A stretch of DNA of 64,000 bases. Origin: Arenicellales bacterium. GTDB lineage: Bacteria > Pseudomonadota > Gammaproteobacteria > Arenicellales > Poriferihabitantaceae. This document shows positions 1-10,208 of this stretch, piece by piece. The notes beneath the pieces were generated by a model. It searched no databases and was not told the DNA's origin. It saw nothing but the letters and a program-made list of their open reading frames with translations. The position numbers and the translations under genes were made by a program. The stretch lies in contig OZ220708.1 of assembly GCA_965116595.1 (NCBI GenBank), positions 1,460,596 to 1,524,595 on the forward strand. Direction: 5' to 3'. Each line of letters begins with the position of its first letter. Positions within the stretch are counted from its first letter, which is position 1.

Positions 1-2
1 CC

Positions 3-563
3 ATGACCACGTTGGCCCTGCTGGGAACGGCGGCGCTCATCAGCATCTCTATCGGTATTCCCGTAGGCATGTTCTGCGCTCGCCGACAGCGGGTATATGC
101 CGTCCTGCGGCCGATCATGGATTTCATGCAGACCATGCCGGCTTTTGTATTCATGATTCCTGTGATCGCTTTCTTCGGCACCGGCAAGCCCGCGGCAATT
201 GTTACCACCATGATTTTTGGAGGTACTCCTGTGGTTCGCCTCACGGTGCTGGGATTGCGGGGCGTACCGGAACATATCCGTGAGGCTGCGATCGCCTACG
301 GCGCGTCAAAATGGTATCTGCTGCGCAAAGTCGACCTGCCCTTGGCGGCGCCCTCAATACTCGCCGGCGTCAACCAGACCATCATGCTGAGCTTGGCCAT
401 GGTGGTGGTGGCGTCTCTGATCGGGGCCAAGGGGCTCGGTGAGGACGTGCTGGAAGCCCTGCAGTACGCTTCGGTCGGACAGGGTATTCTGGCCGGCTTC
501 TCGATCCTGTTCTGCGCCATGATCCTGGACCAGATCGTGCAGGGCCGCCGCAAGGGTCAATGA
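3..563 (+). CDS. ABC transporter permease, glycine betaine/proline type (ProW/OpuAB-like); 5' end cut by window edge
   Basis: Open frame from the window edge. Multi-pass hydrophobic protein with the conserved cytoplasmic loop 'REAAIAYGASKWYLLRKVDLPLAAP' typical of ProW/OpuAB permeases. Confidence 0.8.
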   Translation: MTTLALLGTAALISISIGIPVGMFCARRQRVYAVLRPIMDFMQTMPAFVFMIPVIAFFGTGKPAAIVTTMIFGGTPVVRLTVLGLRGVPEHIREAAIAYGASKWYLLRKVDLPLAAPSILAGVNQTIMLSLAMVVVASLIGAKGLGEDVLEALQYASVGQGILAGFSILFCAMILDQIVQGRRKGQ

Positions 564-602
564 GGCGGGGTGACGGGCAGGCACGGTGGCCTGCCCCTGT
601 GG

Positions 603-1517
603 TTAATAGACCGCGGTGAGCCAGTGCCTGTAATCCGCTTCCTCGCCGAGCAGGATACGACAAAACCATTCCTCCATTTGCCGGGTGATCGGCCCCTTCC
701 CGCCATCTCCGATCGGCCGATGGTCAATACTGCTGATGGCCGCCATTTGCACACCGGTGCCGCAGAAAAAAGCCTCATCGGCGATATATAGCTCGGAGCG
801 ATCAATTTCTCTTTCTTCCACCGGGATTTTGAGTCGGTCCCTGGCCAGTTCAATCAGTGATCTTCTGACGACCCCTTCAAGCAGGTTGGCTGTGACCGGC
901 GGTGTGATAATGGTCCCGTTCCTTACCATCATGAAATTCGCCGCAGAGGCTTCGGACACATGACCGTCCTGATTCAGCAGGATTGCCTCATCAAATCCGC
1001 TTAACATGGCATCACTTTTTGCCAGTGAACTGTTCACATAGGCGCCATTGACTTTCCCTCTGGCAGGGATTGCAGTATCGTCCACCCTCCGCCAACTGCT
1101 TACTGTAACGCTGACCCCCTGATCTTTGCCGAGATAATGGTCGACCGCCTGACTGGAAATGGCAACCTTGTCCTTCGCATCATGCAACCAGACCCGATAA
1201 AAGCCTTCGTCCTTGTAAGCGATAGGCCGGATATAGACATTTTCCCTCCAGCCTTCCCTTCTTAATAACGTCAGGGTAATTTCCTGGAGTTGCTCGTTAC
1301 TGTAATCGATTTCACCGTGCAGAAACCGGACACTGTTCAGGAACCGTTCGTAATGATCGGCCAGTCTGAAAACATGGAGTTGTTGTTGATCCTGATTCCA
1401 GTAGGCCCGGATACCCGCGAAACAACCGGTCCCGTAATGCAGGGTATGATTGGTGATACTCACCGTTGCCTGATCGATTGGAACGATTTCTCCTTCGAAG
1501 AAGGCCAATGTTGTCAT
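603..1517 (-). CDS. ilvE: Branched-chain amino acid aminotransferase (class IV PLP enzyme)
   Basis: 304 aa. N-terminus 'FFEGEIVPIDQATVSITNHTLHYGTGCFAGIRAY' and 'EASAANFMMVRNGTIITPP' match the IlvE pattern. Confidence 0.85.
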   Translation of the reverse strand: MTTLAFFEGEIVPIDQATVSITNHTLHYGTGCFAGIRAYWNQDQQQLHVFRLADHYERFLNSVRFLHGEIDYSNEQLQEITLTLLRREGWRENVYIRPIAYKDEGFYRVWLHDAKDKVAISSQAVDHYLGKDQGVSVTVSSWRRVDDTAIPARGKVNGAYVNSSLAKSDAMLSGFDEAILLNQDGHVSEASAANFMMVRNGTIITPPVTANLLEGVVRRSLIELARDRLKIPVEEREIDRSELYIADEAFFCGTGVQMAAISSIDHRPIGDGGKGPITRQMEEWFCRILLGEEADYRHWLTAVY

Positions 1518-1614
1518 AGTGATACCGCAGTTTGAATAAATGGCTGGATGCTGATTGCACCAGGCGAATTGCAGGTAAATTGTACTGGATATATCGGATT
1601 GGGTGGGAGGTTTT

Positions 1615-2514
1615 TTACCCGGTCAACCGGGTTCGCCGGGCTACAGACTCCCGATAAGTGAGATAAGTCACCGCACATAGAATAGTCAGCCCGCCCGTGA
1701 TAACCCATAAATCAGGGATTTCACCAAACAGAAGAAATCCGAATGCAACCGCCCATACCAGCTGCAGGAATGAGAAGGGCTGGGTCACGGTCAGTGAAGC
1801 GGCGGCAAAGGAGCGGGTCATGGCATAGTGTCCGCAAGTTGCAAACAGCGCGGTCAGAGCCAGCCAGAACAACTCAGGTGAGGTTGGATCGCGCCATTGC
1901 ATTATCCCTCCGGGCAGCAGCACGAGGGTGCATACGATGGACAGCATGACCAGGATATTGGTCGGACTTTCGTTGAAAGTCAGTTTCTTGGTAAACAGAT
2001 AAGAGACCGCGAAGCAAAGGGCGGCTACGACCATTGCCAGAGAACCCGCCTGGACCACCTCGAGTCCGGGACGCAGTATGACCAGCATGCCAATGAATCC
2101 GACCAGGATCGCGCCGATTCTGCGAGCATGGATACGTTCCCTGAAAATCAGTACGGCGCCGACCGCAGTGAATATGGGGGTGGTGTAACCGACCGCGGTG
2201 ATTTCGGCAATCGGAATCCTGGCCATCGCATAAAACCACAGCATCACGGCAACGCCGTGCGCCAGGCCGCGCAGCGAGTACAAGGTCAGTTTATTCCGGT
2301 TCAATTCCCGCCAGGGAAACCGGATGATCATCGGAATCAGGAAAATCAAACCGAATACATAGCGAATGAGCGCCGCTTCCACCGCCGGCATATCGGTGCC
2401 CAGATAGCGGACAATGACGGTCACGCCAACAAACAACAACCCCGAAAGCACCATCCACAGGATGCCGGCGAGATAATTCTGATGGGGTTCCGAATTTTCC
2501 GGTGAAAGAGTCAA
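1615..2514 (-). CDS. DMT/EamA-family transporter
   Basis: 299 aa with about 10 hydrophobic spans in two repeated halves, typical of EamA-domain permeases. Confidence 0.75.
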   Translation of the reverse strand: MTLSPENSEPHQNYLAGILWMVLSGLLFVGVTVIVRYLGTDMPAVEAALIRYVFGLIFLIPMIIRFPWRELNRNKLTLYSLRGLAHGVAVMLWFYAMARIPIAEITAVGYTTPIFTAVGAVLIFRERIHARRIGAILVGFIGMLVILRPGLEVVQAGSLAMVVAALCFAVSYLFTKKLTFNESPTNILVMLSIVCTLVLLPGGIMQWRDPTSPELFWLALTALFATCGHYAMTRSFAAASLTVTQPFSFLQLVWAVAFGFLLFGEIPDLWVITGGLTILCAVTYLTYRESVARRTRLTG

Positions 2515-2518
2515 CGAG

Positions 2519-3817
2519 TCAGCGGGATTTGCGAAGCTCAGCCAGTTTCTGTTTTATTCTGCTTTCCAGGCCCCGATCAACCGGTTGATAAAAATTGATC
2601 GGCGGCAACCCTTCCGGGAAATAATTTTCTCCAGCCGCATAGCCATCAGGTTCATCATGGGCATATCGATAATCCTTTCCATAATCCAGTTCCTTCATCA
2701 GCCTGGTCGGGGCGTTTCTCAGGTGCAGCGGCACATCCAGTGACCCGGATTGCTTTGCTGACGACATGGCCTGATTGTACGCCTTGTAAACGGCGTTGCT
2801 TTTTGCCGCGACGCTCAGGTATACCACGGCCTGGGCCAGGGTCAGTTCTCCTTCCGGACTGCCTAGCCGCTCCTGGGTCTGCCAGGCATTCAATGCGATT
2901 TCAAGCGCTCTCGGGTCCGCATTGCCAATGTCTTCGGACGCCATGCGCACTATCCGCCGGGCAAGGTATGCAGGGTCGCATCCACCGTCGATCATCCTGC
3001 AAAACCAATACAACGCAGCATCAGGATCAGACCCGCGCACAGATTTGTGTAATGCCGAGATCTGGTCGTAGAATGCGTCGCCGCCTTTATCGAATCGGCG
3101 CAACGCACCCCCCGCCATAACCTCGGACAAAAGATCGCTGGTGATTTCTCCATTTTCTGCAAGGTCGGCCGAGATTTCGAGCCAGGTCAAAGCCCGGCGC
3201 GCATCGCCATCCGCCATTCGGGCCAGATGTTCAATATCTTTCCGGGCCATGGACAGTCCTGCTGATCCCAGCCCCTTTTCGACATCAGCCAGCGCCCGCT
3301 CGATAACAATCACGATTTCTTCCGCCGAAAGCGATTTAAGCACATAAACCCGGAGTCGGGATAACAGTGCATTATTCAATTCAAATGAGGGGTTCTCCGT
3401 GGTGGCGCCCACAAAAATGATGGTACCATCTTCAATATGGGGAAGGAAGGCATCCTGTTGCGCCTTGTTGAAACGGTGAACTTCATCGACAAACAGGACC
3501 GTTTTAACCTGGCTCATCTGTTGTCGAAGTTTTGCCTGTTCCACCGCTTCGCGGATATCCCTGACCCCGGACAACACCGCAGACAAGGAGACGAAGACAG
3601 CATCGCAATGCTCCGCCAGTAATTTGGCGAGTGTTGTTTTACCCGTGCCCGGCGGCCCCCAGAACACCATGGAATGCAACTGTCCGCTCTCGATCGCGCT
3701 ATACAGCGGTTTGTCATCGGCCAGAATATGTTTTTGCCCGGCGACTTCATGCAATGCGGTTGGCCTGATTCGGTCGGCAAGAGGCCGGTAAGAATCTTTC
3801 AGCGCCGTATCTTCCAT
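2519..3817 (-). CDS. rarA: Replication-associated recombination protein A (AAA+ ATPase)
   Basis: 432 aa. Walker A '[11 protein letters not shown]', Walker B '[11 protein letters not shown]', and a MgsA C-terminal block '[19 protein letters not shown]'. Confidence 0.9.
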   Translation of the reverse strand: MEDTALKDSYRPLADRIRPTALHEVAGQKHILADDKPLYSAIESGQLHSMVFWGPPGTGKTTLAKLLAEHCDAVFVSLSAVLSGVRDIREAVEQAKLRQQMSQVKTVLFVDEVHRFNKAQQDAFLPHIEDGTIIFVGATTENPSFELNNALLSRLRVYVLKSLSAEEIVIVIERALADVEKGLGSAGLSMARKDIEHLARMADGDARRALTWLEISADLAENGEITSDLLSEVMAGGALRRFDKGGDAFYDQISALHKSVRGSDPDAALYWFCRMIDGGCDPAYLARRIVRMASEDIGNADPRALEIALNAWQTQERLGSPEGELTLAQAVVYLSVAAKSNAVYKAYNQAMSSAKQSGSLDVPLHLRNAPTRLMKELDYGKDYRYAHDEPDGYAAGENYFPEGLPPINFYQPVDRGLESRIKQKLAELRKSR

Positions 3818-3830
3818 TCGATGGTTAATC

Positions 3831-5003
3831 CTAATATCGTCTCAATTTGTCATTGACCGCTATCGGTGTCGGATATTTTGCAACGATCCAGTAAGCCGAA
3901 ACGATGAACGAAATAATGGTTGCGAGTTGGACTATATAAAATGTTTCCGGGGTGATGAGCTGATTTTGCCGGGCAACGAATACGATGAGCAATGAAAACT
4001 CGCTGAGTTGTCCAAGCCGCACGCCGGTTTCCCAGGCGAGTTTATTCGATTCCGCCTGGCTCACCAATAAAAACCGGAACACAATGGGCTTGATAATCAA
4101 TAAAACCGCCGCAATCAGAATGGCCGGCAGGATGACATCGGTTGCCGCGACCATATCGAACCCGGCGCCCAGCGCAAAGAAAAACAGTACCAGGAAAAAG
4201 TCGCGAAGCGGTTTCAGGCTTTCAGAGATATGCAGCGCCATCGGGCTGGTCGCGATGGCCACACCCGCGGCAAATGCTCCGATTTCATAAGAAAGACCCA
4301 TAAATTCGGCCAGTTGAGCCAGGCTGAGGCACCAGCCGATGGAGATTAAAAAAACATATTCCTGAATACGGTCAAATTTCTGAAACAGCTTGAAAATTAT
4401 GAAGCGATGCCCGGCCCAGGCCACCAGGCCCAGGATCGGCAGCGCAATGAATCCCTTGAGTATGTCGAAGGCCAGCGCTTCGCCACTCCCGCCGTAGCCC
4501 TGTATGACCAACATGGCGATAATCGCGATCATGTCCTGAAGCAGCAATACACTGATGATCACTTCGCCGATATGGCGATGATGCAACACGGTGGTCGGAA
4601 GCAGTTTCAGTCCGATGATGGTACTGGAAAAGGAGGCGCATATTCCTATAATCAGTGCATCGACACTGCCGAAGCCAAACGCCAGCGCGATACTTCCTGC
4701 AATCCCGCCAAATACCAATGTGCAGAAAACCGTGACCAGCGTGGTCTCGCGGAGGAGCTCAAACAGTTTTTGAGGGGACAGATTGAGTCCAAGCAGGAAC
4801 AGCAGAAATATAATGCCGATCCGAGCGATATCAGAAATAAGATCCGCGTCCGATACCAGGCCCAAGCCCCAGGGCCCCAGAATGGCGCCGATGACGAGGT
4901 AGGCAACCAGCATCGCCTGGCGCAGATACAGCGCGACCGTGGCCAGCAGGGCAGCGCCCCCGAAGATCAGAAAGATGGAAAATAAAATGGATTCGCTGTG
5001 CAC
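3831..5003 (-). CDS. Cation:proton antiporter (CPA2/Kef-type membrane domain)
   Basis: 390 aa polytopic membrane protein with Na+/H+ exchanger-family features and no C-terminal TrkA-N domain. Confidence 0.75.
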   Translation of the reverse strand: MHSESILFSIFLIFGGAALLATVALYLRQAMLVAYLVIGAILGPWGLGLVSDADLISDIARIGIIFLLFLLGLNLSPQKLFELLRETTLVTVFCTLVFGGIAGSIALAFGFGSVDALIIGICASFSSTIIGLKLLPTTVLHHRHIGEVIISVLLLQDMIAIIAMLVIQGYGGSGEALAFDILKGFIALPILGLVAWAGHRFIIFKLFQKFDRIQEYVFLISIGWCLSLAQLAEFMGLSYEIGAFAAGVAIATSPMALHISESLKPLRDFFLVLFFFALGAGFDMVAATDVILPAILIAAVLLIIKPIVFRFLLVSQAESNKLAWETGVRLGQLSEFSLLIVFVARQNQLITPETFYIVQLATIISFIVSAYWIVAKYPTPIAVNDKLRRY

Positions 5004-5076
5004 AGCCTATTTCGCCCGTTTCATTGTTTTCATACCCGCATTACAATATCACTATTTTCCGGTGACCGAGTAAATT

Positions 5077-5565
5077 TTGATGGCTGACAGATCCGATTTG
5101 ACCCATTTCAATCAGAAGGGGGAAGCGCACATGGTGGATGTGGGCGGGAAAGCCGTGACCAGTCGCGAGGCGATTGCGGAGGGTCGGATCGTGATGTCTC
5201 CGGAAACACTCGAAATGATCGAACAGGGCGCCAACGAGAAAGGGGATGTCCTTGCTATTGCGCGCATAGCAGGGATCATGGCTGCGAAAAAGACGGCGGA
5301 CCTGGTGCCCCTGTGCCATCCGATCATGCTCACTCGCGTGAGCATCGAGTTCGAATTTGACGCTCCTGCCGCCAGCATTGTCTGCCGGGCCGTGACCCGG
5401 ACCACTGAAAGAACAGGAGTGGAAATGGAAGCATTGACCGCAGTACAGGTGGCGTTGCTGACCATATACGATATGTGCAAGGCAACCGACCGGGGGATGG
5501 AAATGCACGCCATCAGATTGAACCATAAATCCGGGGGCAAATCCGGGGAGTGGGATCGGGAGTGA
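5077..5565 (+). CDS. moaC: Cyclic pyranopterin monophosphate synthase
   Basis: 162 aa. '[18 protein letters not shown]' and 'LVPLCHPI' are classical MoaC motifs. Confidence 0.9.
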   Translation: MMADRSDLTHFNQKGEAHMVDVGGKAVTSREAIAEGRIVMSPETLEMIEQGANEKGDVLAIARIAGIMAAKKTADLVPLCHPIMLTRVSIEFEFDAPAASIVCRAVTRTTERTGVEMEALTAVQVALLTIYDMCKATDRGMEMHAIRLNHKSGGKSGEWDRE

Positions 5566-5577
5566 GGCCGGATTGAC

Positions 5578-6837
5578 GTGAATAAACAGACCGATCCCGT
5601 ATCCTGCGATTTCGACCCGTCGGCGATCACGGTGGATCAGGCCAGGTCGCATATCCATGAAGCGGTGGTTGCGGTACAGGAAGTCGAGACCCTGGGGCTG
5701 CATTCATCACTTGGCCGGGTCATAGCCACCGATATCGTCAGTACTTTCGACGTGCCCAACCACACCAATTCCGCGATGGATGGGTACGCGGTCAACAGTC
5801 TCGACCTGGTTGAAAGCGGTTCCAGAGAGCTTGAAATGATCGGTGCGTCATTCGCCGGCGCTCCATTTCATGGGGCGGTCAGTCCAGGAGAATGTGTCCG
5901 CATCATGACCGGCGCCGTGATGCCGGCTGGCACGGATACGGTCGTGATGCAGGAAAGAGTCGAGGTCAATCGGCAGCAGGTGACGATTTTCCCGGGCGAA
6001 AAGTGTTGTAATAATGTTCGCTATGCCGGGGAAGATATTAAAGCCGGTGACGTAGTGATTCCATCCGGTACGCGAATCGGCGCCTCTCAACTTGGTTTGC
6101 TTGCCTCAACAAGCCAGGGCGAGATTCCCGTTTTTCGCAAACCGAAGATTGCCTGGTTTTCCAATGGAGATGAACTCAAGCCGGTTGGCGCCCCGCTGCA
6201 GCCAGGCGAAGTCCATGACTCGAACCGGTATACCCTGTACGCAATGTTGAGTGGTCTGGGTGTGGACCGGATTGACCTCGGAGTAGTCAAGGATGATCCG
6301 GATGCGATCAGGGAAACGATCACAGCAGCCTCGAAGCAGGCCGATGTCGTGATTTCGACGGCAGGCGCTTCGGTTGGCGACGCGGATTATATCAGGGAAA
6401 TACTGACCAGCCTTGGAGGGGTTCGATTCTGGAAGGTGGCCATCAAGCCCGGCAGACCCCTGTCGTTCGGCAAACTTGGCAGCAGTCTGTTTTTCGGATT
6501 ACCGGGAAACCCGGTTTCGGTGATGGTGACATTCCAGATATTCGTTGCGCCCGCTATCCGGCAGATTTCAGGGGAGAAATACAGCGTCCCTATGGTGCTG
6601 AAGATGAGAACAACGACAGATTTGCGCAAGCGCCGGGGGCGGATGGAATATCAACGAGGAATCCTGTCACTGAACGATCACGGTGAAACCATGGTCGCTT
6701 CAACCGGAGAACAGGGTTCGGGTATCCTGAGTTCGATGAGTCGGGCAAACTGCTTCATCATCCTGCCGGATGACTGCGATGGCGTAAAAGCAGGGGAGTG
6801 GGTGGCGGTACAGCCCTTTGACCAGAATAGTCAGTAA
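5578..6837 (+). CDS. moeA: Molybdopterin molybdenumtransferase
   Basis: 419 aa. 'NSAMDGYAV', 'TGAVMPAGTDTVVMQE' and 'LPGNPVS' MoeA motifs. Lies directly after moaC. Track start is a GTG. Confidence 0.9.
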   Translation: MNKQTDPVSCDFDPSAITVDQARSHIHEAVVAVQEVETLGLHSSLGRVIATDIVSTFDVPNHTNSAMDGYAVNSLDLVESGSRELEMIGASFAGAPFHGAVSPGECVRIMTGAVMPAGTDTVVMQERVEVNRQQVTIFPGEKCCNNVRYAGEDIKAGDVVIPSGTRIGASQLGLLASTSQGEIPVFRKPKIAWFSNGDELKPVGAPLQPGEVHDSNRYTLYAMLSGLGVDRIDLGVVKDDPDAIRETITAASKQADVVISTAGASVGDADYIREILTSLGGVRFWKVAIKPGRPLSFGKLGSSLFFGLPGNPVSVMVTFQIFVAPAIRQISGEKYSVPMVLKMRTTTDLRKRRGRMEYQRGILSLNDHGETMVASTGEQGSGILSSMSRANCFIILPDDCDGVKAGEWVAVQPFDQNSQ

Positions 6838-7592
6838 TGTTCAACGCTGATCAAACCGAAGAATTCAGCCGCCTGGGCTTTATCATTGAACGGGGGTTGG
6901 TCGACAGCGGCGTCTGCCGGAAAATGCTGGATGTCGTAGACAACTCATTGCATCCGCCCCTGGGGCCGCTTGAGTTTGAAACTGATGTGCAGTACCCCGG
7001 TTCCCCGGCAGGCCGCCTGTCTCCAGGCGGCGATACTACCCGCAGGCTGTTGCATGCCTTTACCAGGGATGCCGTGTTTCGAACCTGGGCCACCTCACCG
7101 AAGGTTGCCGGCCGGGTAAAACGGTTGCTGGCGTCGGATCGCATTGCAGTTTCCCAGAATCATCACAACTGCATCATGACCAAGCACCCGGGATTCAGCA
7201 GCGAAACATTGTGGCACCAGGATATTCGCTACTGGTTGTTCGACAAACCGGACCTGGTCAGTATCTGGCTGGCGCTTGGTGAGGAGCACGTTAACAATGG
7301 CGGTATCCGATTGATCCCCGGGTCTCACCGGCAACACCTGGACCGCGGTCGATTTGACGCCGCCCTGTTCCTGCGCCCCGACCTGGATGAAAACCGCGCC
7401 CTGATCGACAGCGCAGTTCCTGCCGAACTCTCCCAGGGAGATGTGCTTTTTTTCCATAGCAGAACCATCCATGCCGCGGGCCAGAACAATACCAACCAGG
7501 TGAAAACCTCCGTTATCTTCACCTATCGGGATGAAGGCAATCTGCCGCTCGCCGAATCACGCTCAGCCAGATACCCCGATATCCCCTGTTAG
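6837..7592 (+). CDS. Phytanoyl-CoA dioxygenase (PhyH) family Fe(II)/2OG oxygenase
   Basis: 251 aa. 'WHQDIRYW' (HxD iron ligands) and a distal 'FFHSRTIHAAGQN' His. Start overlaps the moeA stop. Confidence 0.7.
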   Translation: MFNADQTEEFSRLGFIIERGLVDSGVCRKMLDVVDNSLHPPLGPLEFETDVQYPGSPAGRLSPGGDTTRRLLHAFTRDAVFRTWATSPKVAGRVKRLLASDRIAVSQNHHNCIMTKHPGFSSETLWHQDIRYWLFDKPDLVSIWLALGEEHVNNGGIRLIPGSHRQHLDRGRFDAALFLRPDLDENRALIDSAVPAELSQGDVLFFHSRTIHAAGQNNTNQVKTSVIFTYRDEGNLPLAESRSARYPDIPC

Positions 7593-7629
7593 CGGGCCGG
7601 GCATTGCGGCCCGACCGGTTATTTACGAA

Positions 7630-7962
7630 TCAAAACTCCAGCGTGGATTCCCGGTCGTGATAATCCCGTTCCACTTTCGCAATCCGGACCTTGTAACGCG
7701 CATACCATTTCTTTTTGCCCATTATCTGCGCTCCCTGATGCACTGCATTTTCTTTCCAGTTCAGCATGGAAGCTTCATCCTTCCAGTAAGAGACGGCTAG
7801 ACCCAAGCCATCCCGGGCAGATTCAAAACCCAGGTAGCCGGGTTGTTTTGCGGCAAGTTCCTGCATCCGAACGGCCATCTCATCATAACCCTGCTTGTCG
7901 TCCGATTGCAGGCTGGAGAAAATAACAGCGTAGTAGGGTGGCTTTGGCGTATCGGCGATCAC
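7630..7962 (-). CDS. Antibiotic-biosynthesis-monooxygenase (ABM) domain protein
   Basis: 110 aa. 'YYAVIFSS...PGYLGFESAR...AVSYWKDEASMLNWK' fits the ABM ferredoxin-like fold pattern. Confidence 0.65.
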   Translation of the reverse strand: MIADTPKPPYYAVIFSSLQSDDKQGYDEMAVRMQELAAKQPGYLGFESARDGLGLAVSYWKDEASMLNWKENAVHQGAQIMGKKKWYARYKVRIAKVERDYHDRESTLEF

Positions 7963-7977
7963 TGCGATGCGGTCGGT

Positions 7978-8469
7978 TTATTTTCCACGAACCTGCGCCA
8001 GCAGGGCCCTGAAGCGAGCTGCGCTCGCTTCAGGGCAGACCTCAAACAGTTTGTAGAAACCCGGATAATTTGGTTTGTCTTCGGGCAGTTGTATCCAGAA
8101 TTGTTTGGTGGCGGTATAGATATGCGCCATGGGTTCCACGTCAGAGGTATCATCCAGTGTCCCCGCACGGACCATCTGATCAGGCATAGGCGATGCATGA
8201 TATTTACTGAACACAGCGGTCCCACACTTTTCGCAACAAAAAATCTCATGGGCCTTGCCACTCCCGGCGACATTCATAAAAGGCACAGGGGCCACACCCA
8301 ACTGAGCCACGTTAGCCTCTTCCATCCACAGATTAATCGCGAATGCAGACCCGGAAACGGTTTGACAATCCAGGCAATGACAAGCCTGGACATACATCGG
8401 ATTTTCTTCCAGTCGATAGCGCACCGCGCCACACAGACATCCCCCTTCTTTACCTTTCAGATTATTCAT
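7978..8469 (-). CDS. GFA (glutathione-dependent formaldehyde-activating / CENP-V-like) family protein
   Basis: 163 aa. Zinc-cysteine pattern 'GGCLCGAVRY ... CHCLDCQ ... CEKCG'. Confidence 0.8.
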   Translation of the reverse strand: MNNLKGKEGGCLCGAVRYRLEENPMYVQACHCLDCQTVSGSAFAINLWMEEANVAQLGVAPVPFMNVAGSGKAHEIFCCEKCGTAVFSKYHASPMPDQMVRAGTLDDTSDVEPMAHIYTATKQFWIQLPEDKPNYPGFYKLFEVCPEASAARFRALLAQVRGK

Positions 8470-8620
8470 GGATTCAAAAGATATCGTTTTATTCTGTAAT
8501 AAAGTTGCATATCAGTATTGCACGGTGATTCTATCAGGCAAACAGACTCAGCGATAACGAATAACGGTGATAATATATCTGCTCCCATCTCGCGTTCTCG
8601 CCGTGGCCTCCTGGCTTCGG

Positions 8621-9700
8621 TTATTCCTGAGTGGGGCTCATCTCCAAGAGCACTTCTCTGGCGCCCAGACAGCCGTATATCGGATATTCATCGCGAAGAT
8701 CGGTCAAATTCATATATGCGTGGAGAGAAAACTCATTCTCATCATCAGAACCAGTTTGGTTTTTAACGAATACTCCGTACCGCAGCCCATCCGTCAAGAT
8801 TATTCGCTGGCAATTTTCGTAACTTTTTGCATAGTATGCAGCTTGCGACAAAGCGGACAAAGATGCGGAATGTATCTTCTTGGCTTCAACGACAACGGAC
8901 AAATATTTCTTATCGCGACGAACACCGGAGAACAACGCAACATCAATATTGTTCCATTCGATGGCCATCTTTTGTGGGGTCCAGCCGAGAGCGCGAAGAA
9001 GCGGTACGACGAGATAGCTTACTGTCTCATGCTCAGAGGGAGCTTCTCCCGAACGATCATACCACTTTGCGATGCGGGTCAGTTCGCCCATTTCATCAAG
9101 TAAATTTGAAATTGAGTTGCTAGCCATTCCTGCATCGAATAGTTTTTCCGATATGCTTTCTAAGCTAATTTCGGCACTGTCGTTCTCCTCAGGGAGAGGA
9201 GGCAGAGAACGATCATAATCATTACTAGTTATATCTAAGGATTTTAACCATGATTTCACTTCTTCGGAATCAAGCTTCTGAGTCGTGTCGCCCAGCTTTA
9301 GCGTATACGTATCGAATGTTTTAGGTTTCCCACTGTTCCGGTCGGTATACTTCCAGAGCCAACGAACGCGCCACACATGGCCGATGTCCCATCCATCTAC
9401 ATCATTAAAGCATGGGTTCCACTGATATTCATCAACCATGTGACCCACCCCATAAACAGAATTTGTCCCCATTCGCAAGACAACGATATCGCCATTAGAC
9501 ATTTCTTCGCAAAATCGGCGTAGACCCGTGATCTTTCTTTCTGTCCATTTATCATGTCTGAGTTGTTTCTCGCAGTCTGGCCAAGCCCCCTCTTTTGCGG
9601 GACCATTCAGAACTACATCCCACTTCAGGCACAGATCCACGTAATTGCGATTAGTGTCACCGGCAGCATGCTGCCAGATTGTTTTGTTATCAATATTCAT
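8621..9700 (-). CDS. Putative restriction-endonuclease-like protein: unknown N-terminal domain + HsdR_N-like PD-(D/E)xK C-terminal domain
   Basis: 359 aa in an AT-rich islet. The C-terminus 'ETVSYLVVPLLRALGW...IDVALF...YLSVVVEAKK' fits the type I restriction HsdR N-terminal nuclease pattern (D...E-x-K). The N-terminal ~150 aa ('GDIVVLRMGTNSVYGVGHM...WDIGHVWRVRW') is unassigned. Confidence 0.5.
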   Translation of the reverse strand: MNIDNKTIWQHAAGDTNRNYVDLCLKWDVVLNGPAKEGAWPDCEKQLRHDKWTERKITGLRRFCEEMSNGDIVVLRMGTNSVYGVGHMVDEYQWNPCFNDVDGWDIGHVWRVRWLWKYTDRNSGKPKTFDTYTLKLGDTTQKLDSEEVKSWLKSLDITSNDYDRSLPPLPEENDSAEISLESISEKLFDAGMASNSISNLLDEMGELTRIAKWYDRSGEAPSEHETVSYLVVPLLRALGWTPQKMAIEWNNIDVALFSGVRRDKKYLSVVVEAKKIHSASLSALSQAAYYAKSYENCQRIILTDGLRYGVFVKNQTGSDDENEFSLHAYMNLTDLRDEYPIYGCLGAREVLLEMSPTQE

Positions 9701-9974
9701 GGCTTGGATGCCTCCAGGACAGGTTAGTTGACCAACTTATGACTGATTTCTACTTTGGAAGATGTACTTGTATTTGGGGCTCTGTTGTTCAGCAATGTAA
9801 CCAGACCCCTTGTTTATTTTTTGACTATCCCCCACTTACTAACGAATTAGACCGTGATTTCACCCTTTTCTATTTCCATTGTTGCCTTGTTTTTGTTCTA
9901 CACCTGTCCGGTTGTTAACGCTTCAAAGATTCGATGTTTCCTTAAACTGCTGCCCAATGCAGCAGAGTGATGCC

Positions 9975-10128
9975 ATTTTCTCCTTTCGAACGGTTCCTTT
10001 CTGCTGCCGCGACCGATAACGCTTTGGTGACTTTGGAACGCCTCTTCCAGATGGCGGTGTCTTCACGTTGCAGCGTCTCGAAATCCTGTTCAGTAATACA
10101 AGGTGTCGATGATTTATCTGTTACTTGA
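9975..10128 (-). pseudogene. Diverged 5' fragment of a greB/greA-family gene (no start codon, 3' part missing)
   Basis: The minus-strand translation 'STPCITEQDFETLQREDTAIWKRRSKVTKALSVAAAERNRS' aligns with GreB residues ~11-50 ('STPYITEQGFETLQREEIAIWKKRSGVTRALAAAAAEGDRS'). The nucleotide alignment to 13040-13165 is clearly visible by eye, at roughly three quarters identity. Confidence 0.65.
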
Positions 10129-10208
10129 TCGAGTCAAGCGAGAATCGGGCCTGTCAGTGCAATCACCAGTCCATCGCATTGAACCAGGTGATCACTACAC
10201 AGAATTTT

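Noticed and set aside
5041-5703. 220-aa minus-strand ORF
   Set aside because: It is antisense to moaC and the start of moeA, so it is a shadow ORF.
7843-8499. 218-aa plus-strand ORF
   Set aside because: It is antisense to the GFA-family and ABM genes, which have clear signatures.
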